Source: Candidatus Latescibacterota bacterium (GTDB taxonomy: Bacteria; Latescibacterota; UBA2968; UBA8231). Taken from it: 64,000 bases of DNA. The DNA is taken from the NCBI GenBank assembly GCA_965217585.1, contig OZ244561.1, forward strand, positions 4,256,001-4,320,000, read 5' to 3'. The notes under the pieces were generated by a model. The model worked only from the letters and a program-made list of their open reading frames with translations. It did no database searches and was not told where the DNA came from. The translations under genes were made by a program, and so were the position numbers. The stretch's first letter is position 1. Each line of letters opens with the position of its first letter. Below, piece after piece: positions 1 to 10,130 of this stretch.

Positions 1-1
1 G

Positions 2-295
2 GAATGCGCCGAGATCCTGGGACTAGACCTATCGCTGAAGGTGGAGGATTTTGAGAGTTATGCTGCGTTTGTCGGCCCGGATTACGGCGTCGTAACCGCC
101 GACAGTCGCCAAGCACTGCACTTGGTGGCACAGCAGGAAGGGCTGTTACTCGATCCTTCCTATACCAGCAAAGCCATGGCCGGGCTTTTGGCGCATGTGC
201 GCGCTGGTTGGTGGCGTCCTGAGCAGAGCCTTATCTTTCTCCACACTGGCGGTACGCCCGCGCTTTTTGCTTACGCCAAAGACTTGGGCTACTAA
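2..295 (+). CDS. D-cysteine desulfhydrase/ACC deaminase family PLP enzyme, C-terminal part (5' truncated by window)
   Basis: Motifs EGLLLDPSYTSKAMAGL and FLHTGGTPALFAY; frame open to the window edge. Confidence 0.85.
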   Translation, partial: ECAEILGLDLSLKVEDFESYAAFVGPDYGVVTADSRQALHLVAQQEGLLLDPSYTSKAMAGLLAHVRAGWWRPEQSLIFLHTGGTPALFAYAKDLGY

Positions 296-298
296 CTA

Positions 299-595
299 AT
301 GCACAATCCTCCGCATCCAGGTGGAATCGTACGACGGCAGTGTCTGCAGCCGCTTGGTCTGTCCGTGACTAGGGCGGCGGCGGGTCTGGGCGTAACCCGT
401 CAGGCACTGTCCGATCTCGTAAACGAGAGGAGGGGCATCTCGACCGAAATGGCCATTCGCCTGTCCAAGGCGTTCGGCTCTACGCCGGAAACTTGGCTCG
501 GAATGCAGATGGCCTATGACCTCTGGCAGGCCCGCGAACGCGCCGAGCATATTGAGATCGAAATGTTTGAGATGCCGGCGACGACGGGCCGCTAG
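299..595 (+). CDS. higA: HigA-family antitoxin (XRE HTH)
   Basis: MHNPPHPG start, HTH, ISTEMAIRLSKAFGSTPETWLGMQMAYDLW typical of HigA. Confidence 0.9.
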   Translation: MHNPPHPGGIVRRQCLQPLGLSVTRAAAGLGVTRQALSDLVNERRGISTEMAIRLSKAFGSTPETWLGMQMAYDLWQARERAEHIEIEMFEMPATTGR

Positions 596-628
596 GGTAT
601 AGGAACTCCGCAGAAAGGAGCTTATATC

Positions 629-805
629 ATGTCCAACGATCAGCAACATGAAGCGAACATCCGCGAAGTGCAACGCAGCTTATATGGCCTTATGAATAGC
701 ATAGCGTCGGATAATCTAGGGGATAAGGACGAATGTTTAGAAAATCTTAGGACTGCTGTAGAATATCTTGGCTGGGCGATAGATAAGTTGAAAGAGGACG
801 ACTAG
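629..805 (+). CDS. Small hypothetical protein, 58 aa (not in ORF track)
   Basis: AAGGAG RBS at 615-620, ATG 629, TAG 803-805; MSNDQQHEANIREVQRSLYGLMNSIASDNLGDKDECLENLRTAVEYLGWAIDKLKEDD; fills the gap to glcD. Confidence 0.7.
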   Translation: MSNDQQHEANIREVQRSLYGLMNSIASDNLGDKDECLENLRTAVEYLGWAIDKLKEDD

Positions 806-814
806 TTACTAATA

Positions 815-2302
815 ATGCAACTTCCCACCCCCGATCCCACCCGCTTCAAGCGGCGCAAAGCCCTCATCGGCCTCCTGCGCGAACACTTGCGCGCCGATCA
901 GATTATTCATCACCGCGAGGACGTAGTCGCCTATGAATGCGACGGCCTGTCGGCGTATCGCCAGCGGCCCATGTTGGTCGCCTTGCCGGATAGCACTGAG
1001 CAAGTCGCGGCCGTACTCCGGTCTTGCTCTGAACTCGACATTCCCATCGTTCCTTGGGGTGCCGGTACCGGGCTTTCGGGGGGTGCCCTGCCGAGGGAAG
1101 ATGGAGTCGTGTTGAGTACGGCGCGGATGCGAGCGGTTCTCGACATCGACTTGGAAAACCGCACGGTGACTGTGCAGCCGGGCGTGACCAACCGAGCCGT
1201 GACCGAAGCGGTGGAGCAGAGCGGCTTCTACTACGCGCCCGATCCTTCGAGTCAGATCGCCTGCTCAATCGGCGGCAATATCGCCGAGAATTCAGGTGGG
1301 GTACACTGCCTCAAGTACGGCACGACGACTAACAATCTGCTCGGCTTGGAGGTAGTGTTGGCCGACGGCGAGGTGGTGCGGGTTGGGGGCAAGGGAATGG
1401 ACCAAGCGGGCTACGACTTGCTCGGGCTACTGACGGGTTCGGAAGGCCTGTTGGCCATTACCACGGAGGCCACGCTACGGATCTTGCCTAAGCCAGAAGT
1501 GGCACAGGCTGTGATGGCCGTGTACGATTCGGTCGCCGCGGCTGGGCAGGCGGTGGCCGAGATCATCGCCGCGGGCATGGTGCCGGCTGGCATGGAAATC
1601 ATGGATCAGCTATCTGTTGAAGCGGTGGAGGGTTTTGTCGGCGCGGGCTATCCACTCGGGGTCGCGGCGCTCTTGCTGGTTGAATTGGACGGGCCGCAAA
1701 GCGAGGTCGAGTGCCAAAGCCGCGTGCTAGAATCGCTCTTGCAGCAGACCGGCGCGACCGCGCTTTCCCGCGCTACAACCGAGGCCGAGCGGCAAAAGCT
1801 GTGGGCCGGCCGCAAAGCGGCCTTTCCGGCGATGGGCCGGATTAGTCCCGACTACTACTGCATGGACGGGACCATCCCTCGGGGCGCGCTGCCGCAGGTG
1901 CTAGAGAGAATCGGCGAGCTGTCGGCCGCGTATGGCCTGCGGGTGGCTAACGTCTTCCACGCGGGCGATGGCAACCTGCATCCGCTCGTGTTGTACGATA
2001 GCAATGTCGAGGGCGATCTGGAGAAGGCCGAGTCGCTAGGGGCCGAGATTTTGAAGCTCTGTGTCGAGGTGGGAGGTGTGTTGAGTGGGGAGCATGGGAT
2101 TGGCATTGAGAAGCGAGATTTAATGCCGTGCATGTTCAAGGACGCGGATTTGGACGCCCAGGAGCAGGTCAAGGTCGAGTTTGACCCGCAGCAGGTATTG
2201 AATCCGGGCAAAGTGTTCCCCACCTTGCGGCGGTGCGCTGAGGGCGGGGCCATGCACGTGCATAGAGGCGAGGAAAAATTCCCGGAGTTAGAACGGTTCT
2301 GA
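815..2302 (+). CDS. glcD: FAD-linked oxidase, glycolate oxidase subunit GlcD-like
   Basis: GAGTGLSGGA, YAPDPSSQIACSIGGNIAENSGGVHCLKYG, HAGDGNLHP, GEHGIG. Confidence 0.88.
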   Translation: MQLPTPDPTRFKRRKALIGLLREHLRADQIIHHREDVVAYECDGLSAYRQRPMLVALPDSTEQVAAVLRSCSELDIPIVPWGAGTGLSGGALPREDGVVLSTARMRAVLDIDLENRTVTVQPGVTNRAVTEAVEQSGFYYAPDPSSQIACSIGGNIAENSGGVHCLKYGTTTNNLLGLEVVLADGEVVRVGGKGMDQAGYDLLGLLTGSEGLLAITTEATLRILPKPEVAQAVMAVYDSVAAAGQAVAEIIAAGMVPAGMEIMDQLSVEAVEGFVGAGYPLGVAALLLVELDGPQSEVECQSRVLESLLQQTGATALSRATTEAERQKLWAGRKAAFPAMGRISPDYYCMDGTIPRGALPQVLERIGELSAAYGLRVANVFHAGDGNLHPLVLYDSNVEGDLEKAESLGAEILKLCVEVGGVLSGEHGIGIEKRDLMPCMFKDADLDAQEQVKVEFDPQQVLNPGKVFPTLRRCAEGGAMHVHRGEEKFPELERF

Positions 2303-2313
2303 GGAGGCGATTC

Positions 2314-3042
2314 ATGGCTACGGCTTTTGCCCTAGTGGGCGACCGCTATCACACGTCTGATTACATCCGCACGGCTTTGGGCCGCACTTTGGTCCAAGGC
2401 ATAGGCTTGTCTGTTGATTTTACCGACGAGCTTACGCTGCTCAACGCCCAACATCTGTCGAGCTACCGGCTGGTAATCGTCTTCCGCGACGGCATGATCT
2501 GGCCCAATGGCTACGGCCTAGAGGCTGCGCCTGTCAGCGAACCGCCCGTCCAAGCCGAGGAATCCCGTCCCGTGCAGTGGATTACCGAGGACCAAGGCCG
2601 CGCCGTGCGGAGCTTTGTGGAGGCGGGTGGAGCAGCTCTTTTCTACCACAATACCACGTACATCGCCCCGGGCAGCAGCGACTTCCGCCACGTGCTAGGT
2701 GCCGCGACGCAAGGGCACCCGCCGGTGCGTCCCTACCGAGTGCACATCACGCGCACAGACCATCCCATAACGCGCGGCGTGGAGGACTTTGTCGTCGAGG
2801 ACGAGCAGCACTTCATGCACTACGACAAGGACCCAGCCCATGTCTTGGCCGTCAGCATCAACGACGACGGGCACGTTTGGCAGGACTCGGGCACCACTTG
2901 CGAGGCGGCTTGGGCTTACGAGTACGGCGCGGGCCGGGTGTGCTATCTATCGCCGGGACACACCATCCCTGCGCTGTGGAATCCGTCCTACGAGAAGTTG
3001 CAGCAGAACGCCGTGCGCTGGCTGCTGCGCGACGCCTTGTAG
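2314..3042 (+). CDS. ThuA-like (class I glutamine amidotransferase-like fold) protein
   Basis: HPITRGVEDFVVEDEQH, YGAGRVCYLSPGH; GAGGAGG RBS. Confidence 0.75.
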   Translation: MATAFALVGDRYHTSDYIRTALGRTLVQGIGLSVDFTDELTLLNAQHLSSYRLVIVFRDGMIWPNGYGLEAAPVSEPPVQAEESRPVQWITEDQGRAVRSFVEAGGAALFYHNTTYIAPGSSDFRHVLGAATQGHPPVRPYRVHITRTDHPITRGVEDFVVEDEQHFMHYDKDPAHVLAVSINDDGHVWQDSGTTCEAAWAYEYGAGRVCYLSPGHTIPALWNPSYEKLQQNAVRWLLRDAL

Positions 3043-3273
3043 AGGTGCTCGGCAGCTAATGATAATAGGGATCGACGGGTTTTTGGGGAATCGCTATGCC
3101 GGACAAAGTGGCTGCCGACATCGTCCGCGTCTATTAGGTAAAAGAAAGGCGTGTTCTACACGCCGTTTTTTGACACTTCAAGAGCATCCCCAAGCACATT
3201 TTTAAGAGGCTGAATTGCTATCTCAGTGCGGACGAATTCACTCATCGCTTACCATTCATAACTCACCACTAAC

Positions 3274-6200
3274 ATGCAATCTTTAGCAGAGAAACTGGAA
3301 GTCAGCCGGTCGGAATTATTGGATATGGGCCTGCGTGGCAATACGCTGCTCAACTTTCGTCCCGGCGCGAAAACGCTTGAAGTGATCGACGAGAAGTCGA
3401 GAGAGGTGTTTCGGATATTGGTCGCTGAGCAAAAGCCCATGGCATTTATTCCGGTGCCCGCGTCGCTGGAGGACGAAAGCGAGCAGCAAGCACTGCACCA
3501 AATTTTGGAAGACCAGTACGCAGACCGCCGCCATACCGACAACCGCCTGCAAACCAAACTCACCGCGGATGCGCTGGATAAAAGCCTACTGAAGATCAGC
3601 ACGGAGGCCGAAGGCTACTACCAAGAGCAGGGCGTTGATCTTTTGTATTTGGCCTTGGGTTTCTTGACCTGGTATGAACACGAAAGCTCCTCCACGCCCC
3701 GCAAAGCACCTCTCGTATTAGTGCCGGTCGCTTTGGAGCGCGGCAGTGCGAGAGCGCGCTACAAGGTGGCGTACACCCAGGCTGATCTCGGCCCGAATCT
3801 GACGCTTGCCAACAAATTAAAAAGCGAGTTCGAGATAACGCTGCCGGAATTCGGGGAAGAGTTAGACATTGATGAGTACTTAAAAGAAGTGGCCGGTAGC
3901 GTGGATCACCAGCCGCGCTGGCAGGTGCAGGCAGATGAAATCGCGCTCGGCTTTTTTTCTTTTGGCAAGTTTCAGATGTATCAGGATTTAGACCCGGATA
4001 ATTGGCCCGAAGACCACAAGCCCTACGACCACGAGGTGTTGCAAAGATTGCTCGACGGCGGATTTGAGGGCGTCGGCGATGGATTACTCTCAACGCCGAG
4101 TGAAGAGACGTCATCCGAGTTGCTCAATCTCACGGATCTCCACTTTGTGTTGGACGCAGACTCCAGCCAAACGCAAGCAGTCATGGCGGTGAAGCAAGAC
4201 GCCAACTTGGTAATTCAAGGCCCTCCGGGCACGGGCAAATCGCAGACCATTACCAATATTATCGCTGAGGCCCTTGCCGACGGAAAAACCGTGCTCTTTG
4301 TAGCCGAAAAAATGGCTGCCTTAGAGGTGGTAAAACGTCGCCTCGACGAATGCCACTTGGGCGATGCCGTGCTGGAACTTCACAGCCATAAGAGCAATAA
4401 GAGTGCCGTTCTGCAAGAATTGAGGCGCACGTTGGAACTCGGCCCGCCGGCCGTGGAGAATCACGCAGCCAAAAAGCGTCGCCACACCCAGTTACGCGAA
4501 CAACTCGATGCGTATTGTGGCGAGGTGAACCGCTCCATTCTGACTTCGGGAACGAGCTATATAAATGCCCAAGGACACCTCTTGAATCTGAGAGAAGAAG
4601 CTGGTGAGCGCGAACTGCCGGCCTTGGACTTTGCCGAGTTCCGCCATTGGGACGGGGATGCTTTTACAAACGCCTGCGCGAATGTGCGCGAACTGGTTGA
4701 ACATTTAGAGGCGATGGGCACTCCGGCCCAGAATCCTTTTGCCCAATCGACGCTAGAGCACATCTCACCGATTGAGCAAAACGAGGTGGTTACTTGCTTG
4801 ACTAAAGCACTCGCATCGCTCAGCGACTGCTGGAAATTGGGTGACACCCTGTCCGAAGAGATGGGTCTAGACGGCCCAGAAAACCTCGCCGACATGAGGG
4901 CCATTTGCCGCGCTGGCGAGCGCGTGCTGAATGCACCGTCCTTGGAGGGAGTACAGCTAACCGCTTCGGATTGGAAACACCGCGGTGAGCAAATCGAGGC
5001 TCTGATCCAAGCCGGCGAAGAAATGACATCGTTGCAAGACAAGCGGCGCGAGCAATTGATCGAGCAGGCTTGGCAGGCCAACCTGTTGAGTGTGCGCCAA
5101 GCGTGGGCCACTACGGGCCGTCACTGGTGGCGTTTTATTTTTCCCAGCTTCCGCCGAGCCCAACGCACTCTGCAAGGTTTGGTGAAAGGCGAACTGCCAG
5201 CCGGTGCGGAAGCATGCGTGGCACTCATCGACGACATTCTCAAATACCAAGCCCTGCGCGAGCCATACACCGAGCACGAGTGCTTGGGCGAAAGCCTGTT
5301 GGGGATACAATGGAAAGGGCCGCGTAGCGATTGGAGTTCACTGAAGGTACTTAGTGCCTGGGTCGTCGAGTTGTACAAAGAAGTAGGCGAGGGCACGGTG
5401 CCGGAAGGCTTGCTAAAATTCTTGGAGAGCGGCAGAAAACTCAAAGGCGGCGAGGAGCAGTTGGAGGGGCTTGAGCGCACCGCTGGCGAACTGAAAGAGC
5501 TAATCGACGAGGTGAGCCAGCGTTTGGGGATGGAAGCGCGATCCATTGAAGAGCAACCGTTGGGCGCAATGGAAGACGAGCTCAATCATTGGCGCGACCG
5601 AATCGGCACCTTAGAGCAGATGGCGCGCTATAACCATCTGAGAAAAAAACTTTGCGCCAGCGAGTTGGAACAAATCGACCGATTGTCTTACGACTGGACA
5701 TGGCCACCAGCTTTGTTGCTGACATCCCTGAAGAAAGCCTATTACGAGGGCTTGGTGAATGAGGCGTATAACAAGAGTGAGACGCTCAAGCGGTTTAATC
5801 GGATGAGCCACGAAAGCGCCATCGCTGAATTTAGACGCTTAGATGAAGATCTGTTGTATCACGCCCAAGAAGAGTTGGTCTTGAAACACTACCACAGCTT
5901 GCCGGCGGCCAACGCCGCTGGCGAGATGGCGATTATTCGCCGCGAGATAAACAAGAAGCGCCGCCACATGCCGATTCGTCGGCTAATCACCCAAGCCGGC
6001 CGCGCGATCCAGCAAATAAAGCCCGTGTTTATGATGGGCCCTATGTCGGTAGCGACCTACTTGGAGCAAGGGGCGCTGGACTTTGAATTGGTGGTATTTG
6101 ACGAAGCTAGTCAAGTGAAAGTAGTGGATGCAATCGGCCCGATTCTGCGCGGTAAACAGGTTGTGGTGGTTGGGGACACGCGCCAGATGCCGCCGACGGA

Positions 6201-7932
6201 CTTTTTTACTAAAGCCTTGGAGCTAGACGACGAAGAAAGTCAGACCGCCGACATTGAGAGTATTCTGAGTATGTTCTTGTCGCAAGGGGTACCGGAGTCC
6301 ATGTTGCGCTGGCACTATCGGAGCCGACACGATTCCCTAATTGCCGTTTCCAATCGGGAATTTTACGATGGCCGCTTGATGATCTTCCCCAGCCCCGGGG
6401 TGAATCCCTACGCCAAGGGCTTGACATTTAACCATCTGCCCGAGTCAGTGTACGAGCGCGGTAGTTCGCGCACTAACCCGATGGAGGCGCGCGCCGTAGC
6501 CGAGGCGGTCATGCGCCACGCCAAAGCGCACCCGGATATGACCTTGGGAGTGGTCGCGTTTTCGACGGCTCAACGCGATTGTATTTTGCTGGAAATCGAG
6601 CGGTTGCGGCGTTTAGAGCCGAGTTGTGAGGAATTTTTTACTACGGGCGCGCTAGAAGGCTTTTTTGTAAAAAACTTGGAGAACGTGCAGGGGGATGAGC
6701 GCGATGTGATTTTCATCAGCATTGGCTATGGCCGTACGGCCGCTGGCAACATAAGCACGAGTTTTGGTCCGGTGAACCGCGAGGGCGGTGAGCGCCGCTT
6801 GAATGTGTTGATCACGCGCGCACGCTTGGCGATGGAGGTCTTTAGCAATTTTACGGCGGACGACATTAAAACCGAGATCAATTCGCCGTTTGGGGTTCGC
6901 GCCTTGAAGAGCTTCTTGCACTACGCGCAGACCGGTGAATTAGATCATCGCCACGAAACCGGGAAGGAGGCGGATTCGCCGTTTGAAGAGGCCGTGAGCG
7001 ACGCCATTCGCCATCTAGGCTATGACATTGAGCCGCAAGTGGGTTCGGCAGGCTTCTATATTGACATTGCCGTGCGCGACCCCGAAAAGCCCGGCCGCTA
7101 TATTTTGGCAGTAGAGTGCGACGGTGCGAGTTATCACAGCTCGGCAACGGCCCGTGATCGCGACCGTTTGCGCCAAAGCGTGCTAGAGGGATTGGGCTGG
7201 CGCTTCCATCGCATTTGGAGTACCGACTGGTTCCGGGACCCTCATAAAGAAAGCGTGCGCCTCAAGGATTCTATTGACCGAGCGCTGCGCTTTTACGAGG
7301 CGGAAGAAACCCACGCCGAGCAACCCCGTGTCGCAGCGCAGCCCAAGCGCATCGAGCGCGACGAGCCGACGGAAAAAGATTTGCGGGCCGACGCCTATGT
7401 GTTGGCCACGGGCGATTTGGGCATTGCTAATTTCGCTGAAATCCACGAGTTACCATTAAACAACGTCGCTCAAGCCATGCGCAAGGTAATTGACATTGAA
7501 GGCCCCGTTCACCTGACAGAGGCGGCGCGGCGACTCGCTGAATCGGCTGGCTTTGCCCGCGTGGGTTCGCGAATGCTAGGGCATATAAAACGAGCCGCCG
7601 CATACGGTCAAAGAAACGGTTTCCTCTACTTAGAAGGCGACTTTCTATTTGTCGATAGCGATAAGCCTGTACGGGTGCGCGATCGCTCGGACATGCCACT
7701 CACCGTTAAGAAAATCGAGTTGGTGCCCGACGAAGAAATTCACGTGGCCCTGATTACGGCAATCCGCGCGGCCTTTAGCCTGTCGGAAGATGATGCTATT
7801 TCTGAGGCCCTATCGCTGATGGGCTTTCGCCGCGTAACGGCCAAAGCGAATCGGAAGGTAGGATCCGCGCTGAGAAAGCTGGTGCAGGACGGCGCGGTAA
7901 CGGTTGAGGACGACAAGGTTGCAGTCGCTTGA
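3274..7932 (+). CDS. DUF4011 + SF1 helicase + Vsr/MTES_1575-like nuclease + DUF3320 protein (Hhe-like candidate defence protein)
   Basis: N-terminal LLDMGLRGNTLLNF; Walker A QGPPGTGKSQT; DEASQ; GDTRQMPP; HYRS; ENVQGDERD; nuclease region FYIDIAV...AVECDGASYHS...RDRLRQSVLEGLGW. Confidence 0.85.
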   Translation: MQSLAEKLEVSRSELLDMGLRGNTLLNFRPGAKTLEVIDEKSREVFRILVAEQKPMAFIPVPASLEDESEQQALHQILEDQYADRRHTDNRLQTKLTADALDKSLLKISTEAEGYYQEQGVDLLYLALGFLTWYEHESSSTPRKAPLVLVPVALERGSARARYKVAYTQADLGPNLTLANKLKSEFEITLPEFGEELDIDEYLKEVAGSVDHQPRWQVQADEIALGFFSFGKFQMYQDLDPDNWPEDHKPYDHEVLQRLLDGGFEGVGDGLLSTPSEETSSELLNLTDLHFVLDADSSQTQAVMAVKQDANLVIQGPPGTGKSQTITNIIAEALADGKTVLFVAEKMAALEVVKRRLDECHLGDAVLELHSHKSNKSAVLQELRRTLELGPPAVENHAAKKRRHTQLREQLDAYCGEVNRSILTSGTSYINAQGHLLNLREEAGERELPALDFAEFRHWDGDAFTNACANVRELVEHLEAMGTPAQNPFAQSTLEHISPIEQNEVVTCLTKALASLSDCWKLGDTLSEEMGLDGPENLADMRAICRAGERVLNAPSLEGVQLTASDWKHRGEQIEALIQAGEEMTSLQDKRREQLIEQAWQANLLSVRQAWATTGRHWWRFIFPSFRRAQRTLQGLVKGELPAGAEACVALIDDILKYQALREPYTEHECLGESLLGIQWKGPRSDWSSLKVLSAWVVELYKEVGEGTVPEGLLKFLESGRKLKGGEEQLEGLERTAGELKELIDEVSQRLGMEARSIEEQPLGAMEDELNHWRDRIGTLEQMARYNHLRKKLCASELEQIDRLSYDWTWPPALLLTSLKKAYYEGLVNEAYNKSETLKRFNRMSHESAIAEFRRLDEDLLYHAQEELVLKHYHSLPAANAAGEMAIIRREINKKRRHMPIRRLITQAGRAIQQIKPVFMMGPMSVATYLEQGALDFELVVFDEASQVKVVDAIGPILRGKQVVVVGDTRQMPPTDFFTKALELDDEESQTADIESILSMFLSQGVPESMLRWHYRSRHDSLIAVSNREFYDGRLMIFPSPGVNPYAKGLTFNHLPESVYERGSSRTNPMEARAVAEAVMRHAKAHPDMTLGVVAFSTAQRDCILLEIERLRRLEPSCEEFFTTGALEGFFVKNLENVQGDERDVIFISIGYGRTAAGNISTSFGPVNREGGERRLNVLITRARLAMEVFSNFTADDIKTEINSPFGVRALKSFLHYAQTGELDHRHETGKEADSPFEEAVSDAIRHLGYDIEPQVGSAGFYIDIAVRDPEKPGRYILAVECDGASYHSSATARDRDRLRQSVLEGLGWRFHRIWSTDWFRDPHKESVRLKDSIDRALRFYEAEETHAEQPRVAAQPKRIERDEPTEKDLRADAYVLATGDLGIANFAEIHELPLNNVAQAMRKVIDIEGPVHLTEAARRLAESAGFARVGSRMLGHIKRAAAYGQRNGFLYLEGDFLFVDSDKPVRVRDRSDMPLTVKKIELVPDEEIHVALITAIRAAFSLSEDDAISEALSLMGFRRVTAKANRKVGSALRKLVQDGAVTVEDDKVAVA

Positions 7933-7946
7933 GTGCCCGCCACGAA

Positions 7947-10121
7947 TCAATCGCTCGGCAGTGTCGGTTCCAGTGGGATGGCTTGTCCCGCTTCCAGCAC
8001 CGCGCCGACCTCGCCGCGCAGCCGCTCTTTGAGCGTGGTGTAGCGCTGGGTGACCTTGTCGTTGGCAATGGCCAGCTTGAGGGCCTTGGGGGTGCCGACG
8101 ATGACAATCATTTGTTTGGCGCGGGTAATCGCCGTGTAGAGCAGGTTGCGCTGGAGCATCACGTAGTGCTGAGTCGTCAACGGCAGCACCACCACGGGAA
8201 ATTCCGACCCCTGAGAGCGGTGGATGCTGATGGCGTAGGCGAGGGTGAGCTGGTCGAGATCGACTTGATCGTATTCCAAGGTGTAGTCAAAGCGCACGTA
8301 GAGGACCTGCTTTTCTGCGTCGAGCCGCTCGACCGTGCCGATGTCGCCGTTAAAAACGCCCTTGTCGTAGTTGTTTTTGACCTGCATGACCTTGTCGCCC
8401 ACCCGGAACTCAGCCTCCCGATGGCGGTGCGCCTGACCGTGCGGGTTGAGGCGCTGTTGCAGCCGCTGATTGAGGTTGAGCGCACCGGTCTCACCTCGGT
8501 ACATGGGCGAAAGCACTTGGATGTCGGCGCGTTGATCCCACCCCCGATAGCTGGGCAGCCGCGTGGCGCACAATTCCTCCACCAGCTCGACCACCCGCTC
8601 CGGGTCGCCTTCTTGGAGGAAGTAGAAATCCGCGTCCGCATGGTTCTCAACGATGGGCATTTCGCCGCTGTTGATGCGGTGCGCGTTGCGGATGATGTGG
8701 CTTTTTTGGGCCTGGCGAAAAATCTGCGTCAGGCGCACCACCGGCACTTGTGCAGAGTCGATGACATCGCGGAGTACGTTGCCCGGCCCCACCGAGGGCA
8801 ACTGGTCGATGTCGCCGACTAGCACTAGCCGAGCGTGGTCGGGCAGGGCGCGCAGGAGCGCGTTCATCAGCACCACGTCGATCATGGAAGCCTCATCGAC
8901 GATCAGCGCGTCGACTTCGAGGCGGTCGTCGTAGCCCTTTTTGAATTGCCGCTCGCCCGGCTGAAATCCCAGCAGCCGATGAATGGTCTTGGCCTCGCGT
9001 CCGCTGGCCTCGCTCAGTCGCTTGGCGGCGCGGCCCGTAGGCGAGCACAGCCCGACCTTGAGGCCACCTTCCTCCAAGAGGTGCAAAATGCGCCGCGTGA
9101 CCGTAGTCTTGCCGGTGCCCGGCCCGCCGGTTAGCACCAGCACTTTGCTGGTGGCAACCAGTTCCACGGCTTGTATTTGCGCCGGGGCCAATTCCAGCCC
9201 GTCCTCCGCTGCTGCGGGCACGGCCAATGCTTCGGCCGGTGCTTGCAAGAGCCGCTTTAGCGACGATGCTGCACCCACTTCGGAGCGGTGGAGTGGCGGC
9301 AGATAGTAGCGCAGATCTTCGGTGACTGCTCCGTCGCTGGTGCGCAGGGCCTCTAATGCCGGCGGCAACAGCTCGGCGTTGATTTCCAAAATTTCGACGG
9401 CCCGCTCCATCATTTCGACGGCCGGCAGGTACACGTGGCCTTCGTCAGCCGCTTCGGAGAGCAGGTAGCGGATACCGGCCTGCACGCGCTCGGGTGCATC
9501 GTGGCCCAGGCCCAAGCGCTGGGCAATGCGATCGGCGATGCGGAAGCCGATCCCATCCACATCGCGCTCTAGGCGATAGGGATCGCTGCGCACCTTTTGA
9601 ATGGCCTCTTGGCCATAGGTCTTGAAGATTTTTACCGCGTAGCCGGTGGTAATCCCGTGCGACTGCAAAAAGACCATCACGTCCTTGATTTGCCGCTGCT
9701 CGTCCCAAGCCTCGGCAATCAGCTCGACTCTCTTCTTGCCCAGCTTGGGCACTTCCGCTAGCCGGTGGGGGTCCGCGTCGATGATGTCGAGCGTTTCCGC
9801 GCCAAAGTGCTCGACGATGCGCTTGGCCGATCTCGGCCCGACGCCTTTGATCAAACCGGACCCGAGGTACTTTTGCATCCCTTCGAGGGTCGAGGGATAA
9901 ACGGTCTTATAGCGCTCCACCTTGAGCTGTTTGCCGTATTTGGGATGATTGGTCCACACGCCTTCGACTTCGATGCTCTCGCCCTCTTGGATGGAGGCAA
10001 TCGCCCCCACGATTGCGATCCGCTCCCGCTGGCCCTCGACGACTAAGCGCGCAATGGTATAGCCGTTTTCCGGGTTGTGGTAGGTCAGGCGATCTATAAA
10101 GCCTTTATACGATTGGTTCAT
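7947..10121 (-). CDS. recD2: ATP-dependent RecD-like DNA helicase RecD2
   Basis: N-terminal OB/HhH (IKGVGP), TGGPGTGKT, DEASM, GDIDQLPSVGPG, AYAISIHRSQGSEF, YTAITRAK. Confidence 0.95.
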   Translation of the reverse strand: MNQSYKGFIDRLTYHNPENGYTIARLVVEGQRERIAIVGAIASIQEGESIEVEGVWTNHPKYGKQLKVERYKTVYPSTLEGMQKYLGSGLIKGVGPRSAKRIVEHFGAETLDIIDADPHRLAEVPKLGKKRVELIAEAWDEQRQIKDVMVFLQSHGITTGYAVKIFKTYGQEAIQKVRSDPYRLERDVDGIGFRIADRIAQRLGLGHDAPERVQAGIRYLLSEAADEGHVYLPAVEMMERAVEILEINAELLPPALEALRTSDGAVTEDLRYYLPPLHRSEVGAASSLKRLLQAPAEALAVPAAAEDGLELAPAQIQAVELVATSKVLVLTGGPGTGKTTVTRRILHLLEEGGLKVGLCSPTGRAAKRLSEASGREAKTIHRLLGFQPGERQFKKGYDDRLEVDALIVDEASMIDVVLMNALLRALPDHARLVLVGDIDQLPSVGPGNVLRDVIDSAQVPVVRLTQIFRQAQKSHIIRNAHRINSGEMPIVENHADADFYFLQEGDPERVVELVEELCATRLPSYRGWDQRADIQVLSPMYRGETGALNLNQRLQQRLNPHGQAHRHREAEFRVGDKVMQVKNNYDKGVFNGDIGTVERLDAEKQVLYVRFDYTLEYDQVDLDQLTLAYAISIHRSQGSEFPVVVLPLTTQHYVMLQRNLLYTAITRAKQMIVIVGTPKALKLAIANDKVTQRYTTLKERLRGEVGAVLEAGQAIPLEPTLPSD

Positions 10122-10130
10122 GTGCCGTGC

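Noticed and set aside
7929-8822. 297-aa plus-strand ORF and many similar long ORFs (e.g. 29666-30529, 51774-52778, 58139-59206)
   Set aside because: Antisense or alternate-frame shadows of well-supported genes in GC-rich DNA; no motifs
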